Below, in pieces: positions 50,152 to 63,900 of a stretch of DNA of 64,000 nucleotides. The stretch lies in contig JAAOMT010000128.1 in assembly GCA_016748015.1 (NCBI GenBank), positions 937,538 to 1,001,537 on the forward strand, given 5' to 3'. Below the pieces are notes generated by a model that ran no database searches, was not told the origin of the DNA, and was given only the letters and a program-made list of their open reading frames with translations. The position numbers were made by a program, and so were the translations under genes. Every line of letters begins with the position of its first letter. The first letter of the stretch is position 1. Origin of the DNA: Geosiphon pyriformis uo1. Taxonomy: Eukaryota; Fungi; Glomeromycota.

Positions 50152-53100
50152 TTAGGTTTGTGGCATTCTCGACAAACTGTTGGCATTGGTGTTCTTGGAT
50201 CCTTCCTTGTAATAGACTTTAAGTGGGAATTGTTGTAGATAAGTACTTCATCTCGCATATTTTTCTTCTAGTTGTGGATTGTTGAGTAACCAAATAAGTC
50301 CTTTGTGGTCGGTATATAGGTCAAATAGTTGACTGAGATAATGTTTCCAAGTCTGTATGGCCCAATAAATGATGAGACATTCCAGATCTGTTGTGCTGTA
50401 ATTCTTTTCTGCTGGGCTAGTGCTGTGACTAGTGTAAGCAACTGGGTGTTCTCTATTGTCCGGTCCTATCTGTGATAAGACTGTTTCTAGAGCATTTTTC
50501 GAGGCGTCCATAGCGACAATAAACCGTTTAGTGAAATCTGGATAAATCAGGATTGGGAATGTGATCAATTACTGCTTAAAATAGTTGAATGCTTTCTGTT
50601 GATCTTCCTTCCACAAGTACAGTATGTATTTGGACAACAATTGATGGAGTGGTTTTGTGATGTTCAAGAAACCTTTGACAAATCAACAATAATATTCTGC
50701 TAATTCTAGAAATTCTTCTAATTCTCTAAGGTTGATTGGGGCTGGAAAATCCTTGACTTTTTGTACTTTATCTGGATCGGATTTAACTCTGTCCTTGTTG
50801 ATTACATGTCCTAGGAATTTTAACTTGGTTTTTTCAAAGAAGCACTTCTTGGGATTGAGTTTCAATTTAGCACTATAAAGGCATTTGAAGACTTGTTGCA
50901 AGTAAAGCAGATGGTCTTCAAATGTTTCAGAGAACACATTTGTGTTGTCTAGGTAGACTACTACTGATTTCCAAAGAATTCCTTTGTATACTACATCCAT
51001 CAGGCATTGAAACGTGACAGGAGCATTACAAAGTCCAAAAGGCATTATGTTAAACTCGAAGTTTCCATCTTGAGTGGTAAACGCTGTTTTTCCTTTGTCT
51101 TTGGGGTCCATTTCAACTTGCCAGTAACCACTTGCTAAATCTAATGATGAGAACCATTTCTTTTTCCCTAGATTGTCCAGAATTTCCTGGATAAAGGGAG
51201 TAGAATAACTATCTCCTTGATGATGCTATTTAGTTTTCAATAATCTATGCAGAATTGCACTTTTCTGTTTTTCTTGGTGACCAAGACTACTGGTAAGGAC
51301 CAAGAGCTTAATGATTTTTTGATTAGGCTGTTATCAAGCATCCGTTGCATTTCTTGCTTAATTAGGTTATTGCCAAATGGAGATACACAGTAAGCTCGTT
51401 GCTTAATTGGTCGAGCATCTCTTGTATCAATCTGATGCTTCACAATGTTGGTGCATCCAAACTCATTTTCACTGGCAAAGACATTGGCATACTCATTCAG
51501 AAGGACTTTGAGTTGTATTTGTTGCAGAGTACTTAAATTTCCTAAATTCAATTTATTGATCTCTTCTGGTGTGAACAAATAACTTTCTTTTGGCAAATTC
51601 TATACTTGTGAGGTAATGTCACAGAATAAAAATAATTGTGTAAAATCTGGAATAGACTAGGGTTTTTCAGGATTCTGATTATCTGTGGATATGGAACTGA
51701 CGAGAGTCCCTTTGGGAATTTCAATGACATCTTCTGTTGGGTTGTGGATGGAAATTTTGAAGTGTTTATGGGCTTTGGCCGGTAGGTATAGATTAGCAAC
51801 ATTGGCTAGGGAACAGATTTCGGGACTGGCTTCGAATAATAAAGCTTGATCTTGGATTTTTTGATTTACCTTGAGGATGTATTGTCAATATGAGGGAATG
51901 GAGATGATGGTGTCAGTGTGGATAAATTCTACCTGGTTACTGTCTTCCTCTGTGAAATTAACTGGTACATTTCCTCTTCTACTTGATCCAAACCTGTTGA
52001 TTCCTTGGGCAGTAAAACCTAACTTTTCTTGGGTTGTTACCAGGATTAATTGGAGTATTTTGACTAGGGGTAGGAAGATAGCTTGGGCAATCTTTTTTTG
52101 TAATTCTATTTTGTAGGGTTTGTCCAAATTGTTCTGTAGCATCACGATGATGTTTCTCGTGTAACCAGCATCAATGATTCCTCCTTTTATGTCGATTTCT
52201 TTCTTGGCTAGACTAGATCGAGAGGCAACTTGTACCATTGTACTAACAGGAATTTCTAATGCTATCTTAAAATCTATTTTTATGAGGGAATGTGGGGCTA
52301 TAATGATGGGTGATTGTCTGAGGTATTGTAGATCGAAACCAGCATCAGTGTCATGCACTCTTTTGGGGCAGATTTCTTCCTCATTGTCACTGTACCATTT
52401 TAGCTCTAGTTCTTTGGATAGGTCGGGATACGTGAAATACTGTTCTGTTTTGGTATCCTCAGTTGGATCTTGAAACGACATGTCCTTGGTGATCAATACC
52501 TCTTCTTTAGGTTCAGGTAGTTCAGTGATTGGAAACAGTATTCTTGGAGGCAGATTAAACATGAGATCACATTCATTGCAGTACTGAAAGTGACAGGAGA
52601 TCAAACAGTGATTGCATAGTTTGGTATTCAAATTGGCCAACCTTTGCTTCTGTTCCTCATGAGTCAGGACCAATTCTTAATATCGGTTCTGAAATGCGTC
52701 TGGGTCATCTGTGAAGAAATTATCCTTGGGGTAGTTGGGTCCAGTATATTCAGGCATCCAAGAGTTGTCCTTAATTTTTCATATTTCTTCGGGCGTGGCA
52801 TCTTCGGCCTTGGCGCTTGCCATTCTCCAGATTTTGTGGTCATCATGTGGATAACTGTCTAGCCTGTTGAGTGCTCATTTCCAAGCATCCTCAATGGGGG
52901 TTCTCTTTCATACTCAATTGTTGATTAATATGGTGTATTGACAAGCCTCGTCGCATGTTCCTCCTCTGCCAGGCACATCATTCCAGAGTCCTTCATCTGA
53001 CAGGATTTTGCCATATGCGAGACATGGCATGTGGTCCCACTTGTCTTGTCATTTTGGTTGTCCAAATCTTTCCAGTAAACAAGACCTGCAATAGTATTTG

Positions 53101-55836
53101 GTGGCGGTGGGCCATTCTTTGTTGTCCCCAATACATGCACCCATAGTGGATAGTTTTTTTTCACAATCGACACATATTAGTCTTAGAGGTTGGTAAAATA
53201 AGTTTCTTTGGTCTGAGGTTACATATCCTAATGATGACAATTGGAGTTCTTCTTCAGCTCTGCCTTTTCCTTTTTCTTTCCAGATTGGTGGTGGGGGTAG
53301 TTCAGTTTGATAATCATCTGCCCATGAAACCTGATAGGTCTCGATAATTGGTGGCATTGATGTGTCTTCGAATTCAATAAGAGGTTTCTCGGTACATTGG
53401 TTTTTAAAGTGTCCACACGTAGCTGGGACTTGGGCATGCTGTCTATTGAATGTGAGTTGAAGTTCTTGGGTGTTCCAGTCGAGAGTAGCATTGGCTTTTG
53501 ACAACCAGTCATTTCCTACTAGAGCTTAATATTGAGTAGCTTCCATAACGAGTACTTTGGTAGGGATTTGGATTCCATTAATCTCGAAAGAGAAGTTGTC
53601 AATTTCTCCTATTGGGGTTTTTGTGTTCCCATTCACTGTAATAATTCAGGCGGTAGTAGCACAGTCTACTCGGCAACTTAGTTGGTTCATAAGCTGCTTC
53701 ATGATTATGCTACTGGCTGATCCGCTATCCAGGATTAATTTAATGTCTATTCTTCCGACTCTGGCATCGGTGTATAGGGCCATTATTGGTTTATCCTGAT
53801 TGATGGCTGCTCTACTAAAAAGACTATGTGTGTTCAAATTATCAATGTCAAAAGGAAATATGATGGCTAGGGTGGTGTCTTCAGTAATAGTGGCTGGTGA
53901 GATATTGCTTTTTGTTTGCTTGGAAGATTGGGAGATTCATTCTATATTCTCCCTTTCTATAGGTGTAGATTTATCAAAACTCTGGTCTTCCATAAGACCG
54001 AAATAGGAAGCTTGATTTGGGTATCCAGTTGGTGTTGGTCGAGATTGGGCAGGACCACGAGGGATTGGTCAAGACAGTCCACTGTTGGTTTGCACCTGAT
54101 TGTTATTGAGATTCCTCCATCTCTGATTATAGTCTATAGCTCGAGGTCTGAATGGGCTGTAAGGGGAAGTTTGATAGTGAGGGATTGCTTGTGTCATTGG
54201 TGGTAGTTAATAATAATTCTGGGGTGGTAGTTGAATATATGGGACTTGTTGTGCATATAGGGGCAGTTGATTCTGAGGTATAGAATATTAGAGTACCATG
54301 TTTTGCTGATATCTGGGTTGTTGGTATGGGTTTCCTTGATTTTGGTCCATAATCTTCCTTCTGCAGTCACGGGCAATGTGTCCAGGTTTCTGGCAGTAGT
54401 AGCAGTTGCAAGGATCGGATCTCCAAGGTTGTTGCTGTTGCTGATGGTTCTGTTGCTGTTATTTTCTCTCCATTGAGGTGGTTGGTAAGTTCGATTAATG
54501 GCTAAATTAATGGCTTGGGTATGGTTCGCTTCTTGTTTTGTAGACTTAAAATCGCGAGTGAGAGTGATGGCATCTTGTAAACTGATCGGATGGCAGGTTT
54601 TACGAATCTTAGAATACTACTCCGCAATCTTTTAATGAATTGATTAAGAACTTGCGCCATGGTGTAGTAGTCCCTTTTGATAGCTAATATTTGACACAGG
54701 ATTTGATTGAATCATTCGAGATAAGTAGTTACAGCTTTGTGATTTTTTTGTTTAATTATGCTGAATTGATTCTGCAATCGGATTAACATATTGGGGTCAC
54801 AGAAGTATTGGAGAAATGTGAGTTTAAACTTGGTAAAGGAGATAGGCTTCTCTGCCAGACTTTGGTACTACAAATTGGTGGTTCCGGTTAGAAAGAATGG
54901 CAGTGTCTGAACTGTGCGATCATTGTTCCAACTGTTAGCAGTAATTGCTTTCTCGGCATCTGCAATCCAAGAATATGCATTATCTTCTTTACCAGAGAAT
55001 TTTTCCAATTTAGCAATATTCCGGTAAGCCATGATCCGGTTAATGAGTGGGGTGTTACTGGTTATGTTTAAAGGGATTGGTGTCTGCATATTTGAGTGTT
55101 CTCCAGGTGCTAATGCTGGTTGCTTTCTTTTGTTGCTTAAACCAATAGATTGTAAGATAGCTGTTTCTTCCGTCAGGGGAGATGCTGATTCTGCTAGGTT
55201 TTGTGCTGGTGGCTGTTCTCAAGTTGACGGGTTTCCTTCTGTTTGACCAGCTGCTGGGTTAAGATTTCCAAACAGTGATTCATATTCTCCTAGTGATTTG
55301 GTCCAACTGTGTTGATTCCAAGGGTGTGAATTTCTAGGAGTTCATGGTGTTTCCGACTGGGTTTCCAGGGGTGGGTTGAATACAATTCTACTTTGGAGTG
55401 TCTGATGGTATGATGGAGTTGTTGGAGAGAGGACTTTTGGTTTCTTGTTGACTGTGGACTTGGCTTGGGCAGTTACAGGGTTGTTGAATTTGTTTTTGTA
55501 TTCCTCAGGGTTAGATTCCACTGGTTGTTGTACTTGAGGGAATCGTTGTGCCACGTAATATTTAATGTCTGTATCAATTATGCGCAGAGTTTCAGTAATT
55601 GCTCGGGTAGTCATGGCTGTTGAGTACCCTAGTAAGCTTTGATGGATTTGTTCTCCAAGTCTTCTTGTATCAGTTGCATGGCCTAACAAGCAGTTGATTT
55701 TTGCATTGATATAGTTACAAAAATCACTTTCTGCGTAAGCAGTTTCTGCTGGTATTCCTAGGTCTTTTCGAAAGTATTGAAATAGTGCTTTTTTGTACAA
55801 GGAGTGGTCCTTTCCTATTGTTCCAATAGTCGCCAC
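50152..55836 (-). pseudogene. G3 polyprotein Gag-PR-Cys-rich-dUTPase-RT-RNase H
   Basis: CYYCQKPGHIARDC; LILDSGSA; AGFDL/RSS/GGIIDAGY; VYLD; AMDAS. Confidence 0.92.
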
Positions 55837-55879
55837 TTTTATGTATTTTTGGGAGTGCTCTGTCTCTGTGGATTTATAA

Positions 55880-55896
55880 CCTCACAGGGAGCACCA
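55880..55896 (-). promoter_or_regulatory. G3 primer binding site TGGTGCTCCCTGTGAGG (resembles elongator tRNA-Met or tRNA-Ile(UAU) 3' ends)
   Basis: TGG 2 nt after the LTR; complement reads as T-stem CTCAC + acceptor strand + ACCA. Confidence 0.8.
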
Positions 55897-55898
55897 AA

Positions 55899-56299
55899 TG
55901 TTATGGGTAAACTTGGTGGATATGGAAAATGTTAACGTTTGGTGCTCTCAATTATTGATGATGCATTTTCTGCGTAATTCTGTTGGCTTAGTCTTGATTA
56001 TCAGTCTCTAAAGGTCTATTCCTAGATGTGAATTTTACCCATTGAGTTCTTTGGTTATAAGGCACAGAGTTTGTCTTTCGTCAATTGCAACATTTTTTGT
56101 AAATATGAGCTTTCTTCTCCGAGCTAATGAGCACAGTCGTTAGGGTCTGGCATTGTCTTTTTACTCTTCTGGTAAGCTAACAAGATAATGTTAATATCCA
56201 AAACTTAGGAGGAGCTTCCCTCTTTTACCAGGCTATCATGAAGTCTATTTCCAAACAGTCAATTTTACTATGTTGCCACTCCACAAAAAATTAAGACAG

Positions 56300-56352
<53 letters not shown>

Positions 56353-57009
56353 AAGAGAAAAGATAAATTAGTATCGTCAATTGCCGTGATCAAGAGCAAT
56401 TGGTCCAAATCATTAATAGGTTCGAGGTGGTTATGCTAAGAGCATCTGTTCTAGAATGGAGATATAAGACAAGGGTTAATTCACGTAAATTTCACGAAGT
56501 TCGAGAACATGAATTCATGATTCTGATTTCTTTTAATAATTGATTTATTTTAAGAGATGAAATAAGGAAGATAATAAAAGATAAAAGGGTATGGATATTT
56601 TAATTTCTGGTCTAGAGATTCGTATCTATTTTTTCTTCTCTGTCTTTTCTCACTTCTACAACTACTTGCTTTTATACATTCTTTTGGTTTTACAGGATTG
56701 CTTTCAATTGTCTTGCTATCACTAGCTATTGCTTTGTTGTTTCTGTTATTGCTTCATTTTTTTACATTATCACTAGTTATCCTATGTTATAACATGTTAT
56801 CTGATGTTATTATATGTTATTCTGTGTTATCCTGTATTATAACATATTATCCTACATTATTGTGTGCTATTCTGTGTTATTCTGTATTATAACATGTTAT
56901 TCAACGTTATAATGTGTTATCCAATGTTATTGCACGTTATTCTGTGTTATGTCACATTTTTGGTCACGTTTTTTCATAACTTTGGATCGGTTTTTCTACT
57001 CGGGTAACA
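55899..57009 (-). repeat. G3 5' LTR (1111 bp)
   Basis: Repeat of 46851-47944; length difference lies mainly in the A-rich tract at 56300-56360. Confidence 0.96.
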
Positions 57010-57013
57010 TCAG

Positions 57014-57766
57014 TTCTGGTTTTGGGTTCCTAGCTGGTAATTTACACTCGGATGTCAATTGGCTTGTCTCTTCCAGAGTTTGGCACCCTAATTTGCATAT
57101 GGCAACTGGTTTCACCAGCAGGCACACTGCTGATATTTGTACTTACTTCATGAAGGCATTGTACTGTCGGCTTCCCGTGGCTGTTCGAAAACACGTTTAT
57201 AATAAATGTTACTCCAGTGTTTTATGTCTGTATTGTGGTAAGGTGGAGGTGTCTGATCACGTGTTTTCTTGTGTTATTGATGATGCGGCTCATCGTCGGG
57301 TTTTAGAATCATGTATGTCTTCTTGGAAGGTGCTTTCTGGTCTTTCCCTCTCTGCTTCATGCATTTTACAGCTGCTGTCGGCTTGTGCCTTGGATTTCTT
57401 AGTGTTCTCAACTCTTTTCAAGGGTTTTGTTTTTAAGGAATGGCTTCAGGAGGCTGTTTTTGTCTTCTATGTTCCCAAAGTTGCTGGCGTTAAAATTGCT
57501 GATTTTGTACACTCTATTTGTGTTGCTTTTAGGAATGACATTTGGTTGGTCTGTGCTAAGCATCATGCTTACATGGAAAGGAATGGCCTGATCCCAATGG
57601 ATGGCTCAGTTTCCATCTCAATTTCTGGTTTGACTTCAAGATTCTCGGATGGTGTGGTTAAACTGCTTGGTATTGCTGAAGCATTTGGCATCTGTTTTGG
57701 CTTTTGCAAATCTTGCTCTTTTTTTCAGGTATTGGTGACCCAGTTTTAATTAATATAATTGCATAG
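57014..57766 (+). pseudogene. LINE-C ORF2 C-terminus (zinc knuckle region)
   Basis: WHPNLHMATGFTSR; CLYCGKVEVSDHVFSC; RNDIW. Confidence 0.9.
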
Positions 57767-58131
57767 TGTTGTCATGACTGGCTCGAGTGGCTGGTCACAT
57801 ATAGACAGTGCATGATTCATGCCTAGTTTAGATTATTTTTTTGATGTATAGTTCTAGGTAATGTTTGGACTTCACTTGTTAAAAGATAATAAAAAAAATA
57901 AACTATTTTTCTATTTAAAATTTTTTATTATTTTTAGAAAAAATAGTGAATAAAATATAATTTTATATATTAAATTTATATTAATTCAATTTGTTTTTTA
58001 AAGTTAAATTATTTTTTAATTATTTCTATTATTATATAATTTTGTTTTTTTTTTGCTATTTATTAATTTATTATTCTAATTTATTATAGTATTTACTGTT
58101 ATTATAAAATAATGCTTGTTGTTAATACTAT

Positions 58132-58871
58132 TGTTACAAATGATTATTTGGGGTCTCAAATCAAATAACAAATCCATAATTTAGTGCTTAATATCTTAAC
58201 AATACTGATATTACTGACATGTTGGTTGTATCTAAAGGTTTTAGAATAAAGTTTTTTATATAATGAACAGAGATTCAATAATGATATAGTTGGTTGGTGA
58301 GTTGTGTTCCCAATTTTTGTCTTTAGCTTGGTAGCCAGTTTATTTTGGCATTCGTGCCCTTTTAGTAAGCTATCCATTAATATATATAATTTTACCCTTA
58401 TTTCTGAGTCTTTTATTAGGCTATTCATGACGTCAATTATTTAGTGCTTTAATCCTTAATCATTTAGTATTTAACAAGAAAAATCAAAGAAAGAAAGAAA
58501 TAAAAGAAAATAAAGAAATAAGCCAAGATGATGCACAAGTTAGTATCTCGTCAATAGCCATGATTAAAAGCTATTGTTCCAGCATAGTTAAGTATCAATT
58601 ACTATCAACACTTTATGTTGATAGTAGAGAGTGAATTTGGATAGTAGATGATTTATTTATTTAATATTTGTGGATGGAAGATTTCTAACTAGAGATTCTG
58701 TTCTTTTTACTTCTAATGCTACCACTATATATACATAATTGATGTTCTACAAGATCACTCACATTCCTGAGCGATGTGCTATAATTTTTTGAGCAATGTG
58801 CTCATGTGCTAAATACTATTCTCTTATTGGTCTACTATTTTCTATATCTGTTTTTCTTTTTATAAGTAATA
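58132..58871 (-). repeat. G4 3' LTR (740 bp)
   Basis: Homologous to solo LTR 20992-21805; preceded by purine tract AAAAGAAGAAAATAA. Confidence 0.88.
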
Positions 58872-58890
58872 TTATTTTCTTCTTTTAATA

Positions 58891-59520
58891 TTAAGCTCCA
58901 TCAAAATCTTTGTTTTGAATTAATTCTAATACTTTTTTTTCAAGTATTGTTTGTTTGACTCTGTTTTTTACATTTTTTACTTGTGTATTGTTCATTCTTC
59001 CCCATTGGTTAATGGTTATGGTTTCTATTTCAGAGTGTAACAGTATTTCTGGATAGTTTTGAAATATGTTGTGTAGTTGGTACATTGTTTTAACATGTAG
59101 TATTGAATTTGTTTTCTTTCTGATAAATTCTTCAATTTGTTGTATTATGTCTTGGTTGAATATTTTTTTGGATTTGTCTATATACAACTTCTAAATATTT
59201 AAATTTCAACCTAACTGATAGTAACAGTATAATATTGGAAGTTGTTCTGTTTATTGCTTCTGATTCTCTTTTGTAAGTTCTTCTGTTAGTGCCATAATAA
59301 GTATTTTCCCAAAAGTGTTTTTTACTTTTTCTTTTATATTATCTGACCAGTTTTTATTATTCTTTGATAACCACTGATATGGTGTATTCTTTGTCTTTCT
59401 TTTGGTGTTTTGATAGCAAATTGTTTGGTTGTTAACAATAATTTCCATGTCTAATAGTTGTTGATTTAAGGCCTGGAATAATTGTTGAGCTATGATGTGA
59501 ATATGATCTGGTATTTCCAT
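58891..59520 (-). pseudogene. G4 ORF3 (in-frame stops)
   Basis: MEIPDHI..QQL; PILYCYYQLG; IF..IQQIE.FI.KKTN..HVKT.Y; ends DFDGA. Confidence 0.8.
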
Positions 59521-59580
59521 TTTTTCTTGGTTGCTTTTGTCACATATACTGTGTCTTTATATACTTTTTATTGTTTGATT

Positions 59581-60956
59581 TTACGTGTTTGGTCCAATGA
59601 TTATAATTGGTTCCAGATCTTGTGGAATCTCATCTGGTTGAACCAGTATTTGTTGTACTCCTAATTATGAAATGTTATTGGTAAATGATGATGCTATTTG
59701 GTGATATGATTTCAGTCAATCACCATGTGCTGTTTTGGCTAAGATTTTGTTATCCCATCTTAGTTTATAAGCTCTATTTTTAAGAATTTCTTTTATGTGA
59801 AATAGTCTGTTCCATTTAGAATCAAATTTTCTACTCCATTGTTTTTTCACTTTAATACGATATAGAAGTACTTTGTTTCCAATCTTGAATTCAACTGGTT
59901 TATCTGGTAATTGGTTATTGTGTCGTTTTTTTTGCTTTTTTTGAGACTTTTGAATATTATCAACTGCTTTTTGTTATCTGTTTTCTAGTGTTTCTATTAG
60001 GTCATATGTTCTTCTTAACAATGTTTCTTGGAAATTAGCTTCTGTTATTGGTTCTGTTAGATATGTGCTGATCTCTCTCTCAACTGGTAATGTTGCTGTC
60101 CTACCATATACCAATTCAAATAGTATTGCTTGTGTAGTATCTTGTCTCATTGTCCGATAAGCAAATAATACTAATGGTATAAACAAATCCCATTCATCTT
60201 GGTTTTTTTGACTGATTTTGGTGATTGTTTTACACAGTGTTCTGTTAAACCTTTCAACTAGTCTATTTGTTTGTGGATAATATAGTAATGATAATGGTTT
60301 TTTTATCCCAAATCTTTGACTTAATTCTGTTAATGTTCTATTCACAAAATGAGTTCCTTGATCTGATAGTAGTTCTTTTGGACATCCGTGTTGACATATC
60401 AAATCTTGATGGACAAATTCGGCAACAGATTCTGCATCTGCTCTTTGAATGGCTTTTGTTTCTGGCCATTTTGTGAGATAGTTCATGGCTACTGTAATAT
60501 ATCTGTTGCCTTTACTGGTGATTGTTAATGGTCCAACTAAGTCAATTCCAATGTGATCAAATGGTTGTTCTACTTTAATTGGTCTTAATGGTTTACTTAG
60601 TCTTGTTTCTCCTCTTCTTTGACAAGCATTACAGTTTTGAACATATTGGATAATGTCTAGATATATTGATGGTCAATAATATCTTTTTTTGGTTCTTTCT
60701 ATGGTTACTTTTTTATGAAAATGTCCTGTTGTTGAATCTGAGTGCATATTAAATAGTATTGTCTCTTTCTCTGGTTCTGTGATTACTCTGGTTGATTGAT
60801 CTGGATTTCTTTTGTTCTTCTGGTAAAGTATATTTTGATGATTGATAAAATATTTTGATTGCTGTTTTATGTTGTTTTGTTCCTTTTGAAATAATTTTTC
60901 CTTGAATGATTGAGTATTTATATAAGCTGAAGTTGTTGGTATTTTTGTGTGTTCAT
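59581..60956 (-). pseudogene. G4 integrase as separate ORF
   Basis: MNT start; MHSDSTTGHF; SDQGTHF; LVERFN. Confidence 0.88.
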
Positions 60957-60986
60957 TTTTTGTTATATTTTTGGGTTGAAATGTTT

Positions 60987-63900
60987 TTAAATTTGTCTCA
61001 TTCACGACAGTTTGTTGGCATTTCCATTGTCTTTTCTCTTTTTATAATGTACTGTATAATTGAATGGTGAAAGTTTTATTTTCTATCTGACATGGTGATT
61101 GTCTGCAAATTTTTGTTTCTGGATTGAAGTCAATTCTTTGTGATCAGTGTACACTTCAAACTTTTGACTCAAGTATTCCTTCTATTTGATGACAGCCCAA
61201 TAGATAGCTAAGTGTTCTAATGCTGGAGTTCTATAGTTTTTCTCAGCTAGACTTAAGCTTCTACTGGTGTAAGCTACTGAATGTTCTCTTCTATCTGATC
61301 TTTTCTGTAATAGTACTGCTCCCAATGCTTGACCTGATGCATCAGTGATGATTATGAATGGTTTGCTGTGATCTGGATACATTAATACTGGAACTTGGAT
61401 AAGCTTTCATTTTAATGTGTCAAATGCTTCTTGTTAAGCTTCAGTCTATTCATACTTCACATTCTTGGTCTGTAGATGGTGAAGTGGCTGAACCAGTTTT
61501 GAAAAGTCTTTGATAAAACGGCAATAATAGCCTGTAAAACCTAAAAATGCTCTTAATTCTGTTAAGTTAGTTGGTACCAGAAAGTTATTAACTACTTTAA
61601 TCTTGTCTGGATCTGTTTTGATTCCATCTTTGCTCACTACACATCCCAAAAACTTGAATTCAGTTTTTCCAAAAAAACATTTGGTTGCATTTAGTTTTAA
61701 TCCTGCTCTTTTTAATCTTTTGAACATTTGTTGGAGATAATATAGATGATCATCAAATGTTTTTGAGAACACATTGGTGTTATCTAAGTATATAACTACT
61801 GATTTCCATAGTAATCCAGTATAAACAATTTCCATAAGCCATTGGAATGTTGCTGGAGCATTCATCAAGCCAAATGGCATGATTTCAAACTCAAAATTTT
61901 CTTCTTTTGTGGTGAATGCTGTTTTTTTTTTGTCAGCTGGATTCATGGCTATTTGCCAATAACCACTATCTAAATCTAGTGTTAAAAACTATTTATTTCC
62001 TCTAAAAGCATCGAATAGTTCTTGGATCTTTGAAGTTGAATAGTTATCACTTTTTGTTACTCCATTCAGTTTTTGGTAGTCTACACAAAAATGAATTTTC
62101 CCATTTTTCTTATGGACCAGTACCACTAGTGATGATCATGGACTTATTGATGGCTGAATTAGCCTATTGTTAAGCATTCAGTTAATTTCTTAACAAATAA
62201 TCTCATGGCTAGCTGGTAGTACTCTGTATGCTCTTTGTTAATTGACATTGCATCTTCAGTCTTAATCTGATGCTGAATGATATTGGTTCAGCCAAATTTA
62301 TTTTCACTAGCAAAAATGTCATTGAAATTGTTGAGTAACATCTTGAGTTGCATCTGTTAAAGTGGATCTAGATTCCTTATGTTCATCTGTTCCAATTGTT
62401 CTGGTTGAGAGCAGATAATATTTACTTCTTCCATAGATGGTTTGTGATGTAATGTCTATATATCTGCAAATCTGTGAAAAATCTGAAATGTGGTTTGGTG
62501 GTTGATCCTCAACTTTGGTGATTAAATATCTAATAATGGTTCTTTTTGGTATTTTGATAATCTTTCCAGTTGTGTTATAGATGGGAATTTTGATGTTTTT
62601 GGGGCTTTTGGCTGATATGTAGAGATTGGTGAGTCCAATCTCTTCTGATTCACAAATGGTGGCTTCTGCTTCAAACAATTGAGCTTAATCCTTTACTTTT
62701 CTTTTTATGACTAACATATACTGGTTATATGGTGGAATAAAAATTGTTTGATGAGTTGAGATAATTTCTCTTTTGTCAACAATTTCTTCTTCTGCCATAT
62801 TAACTGGTATATTTATTCTATCCATTGATCTGAATCCCTGTATCCCTCTAGCTGTAATTCCTAATTCCTCCCTGTTTCCCACTAACACTAACTGAGCTAT
62901 TTTTACCAGAGGTAAGAATATTGCCTGTGCTATCTTTTCATTTGGCTCTATAATATAGGTCTTTTCTGAGTCATTTTGTAGCATGGCAATGATATTTTTT
63001 ACGTATTCCGCATCAATTATTCCTTCTCTGATGTTGATTTCTTTTTTCACTAAACTATTCTTAGATGCTAATTAAACCATGGTTGTTGCTGAAATTTCCA
63101 GAGCTATTTTGAGATCAATACATGTGTGCAAATTTGGTTCCAATTTGATGGCTTTTTTTCTCAGATATCTTAAATCAAATCCTGCATTGGTATTATGCAC
63201 ACATTCTGACATGATACTTTCATTATTATCACTATATCATTTGAGTTTCTGTTTCTTAGAGAGATCAAAAAGTGCAATAAATGTTTCAGAATTTGAATTG
63301 GAGTTTAAATTGTCATAATTTTTGTTGTTATTTGGAGCAGAACTGAAACTGTTGTTTTCATCATCATTGTTGTCAGAGTTTGAATCGAGATTAAAAGTTA
63401 ATTCTGATTCTGATGCACAGCTGTTGATTAGTTCTTTCTCTTCTGGGATCATGTAGATCATGTGTGGTGGTGGATTGTAAATGAGGTCACACTCATTACA
63501 ATACTGGAAGTTACATGAGATCAAACAGTGGTCATATAGTCAAGTGTTGATTTCTTTTAAGCATTGCTTCTGTTCTTCTATTGTAAGCACTAATTGCTGG
63601 TAATATTCATGAAATTCTTCCAGATCATCCTCAATGTTGCCAAAGATGTTGAAAGTTTGGACATATTCAGATTCAAGAAGTGATAGAGAGTTGTTTTTTA
63701 TTTTCTATAATTTGCTGGTTGTTGCGCCTTCTGTTTTTGTGTACACCATTCTCTATAGTTCATGTTTGTTATGGGAACATCCTTCCAATTGTCACAATGC
63801 TTTTTTCCAGGCATCGTCAATTAGTGTTCTTTTGCATACCCAGTCATTGATTAGGATTGTATACTGACACATCTCATCACATGTTCCTCCATGTTCAGGA

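Larger units (their letters stand above)
46851..57009 (-). mobile_element. G3: full-length Ty3/Gypsy LTR retrotransposon with dUTPase, decayed
   Basis: LTRs 46851-47944 and 55899-57009; flanks TTGG/TCAG consistent with a CpG-decayed TCGG TSD. Confidence 0.96.
40991..57898 (+). mobile_element. LINE-C: full-length decayed LINE interrupted by G3 after RNase H
   Basis: ORF1 ~41138-42932; ORF2 42929-46850 + 57014-57766; tail and poly(A) 57891-57898; removing G3 restores WEVGSGFG; 5' boundary approximate. Confidence 0.94.

Noticed and set aside
56300-56337. Long poly(A) as a retroposed insertion (also poly(T) 41031-41052)
   Set aside because: Corresponds to the (AAAAG)n tract of the sister LTR; slippage, G>A decay or consensus error
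8638-57013. Targeted insertion of Gypsy elements into LINEs
   Set aside because: Non-LTR elements make up most of the non-Gypsy DNA here, the three sites are non-homologous, and both solo LTRs and G4 sit in AT-rich DNA
240-57910. TSDs for the LINEs and the ORF1-only element
   Set aside because: Only A/T-run similarities (e.g. AAGTTTTT) expected by chance in eroded flanks
422-63867. Many short antisense or alternative-frame ORFs in the ORF track (e.g. 6731-7096, 24923-25429, 47516-47827, 22349-22576)
   Set aside because: Shadows of TE coding strands or low-complexity LTR/AT DNA; no motifs, not conserved between families
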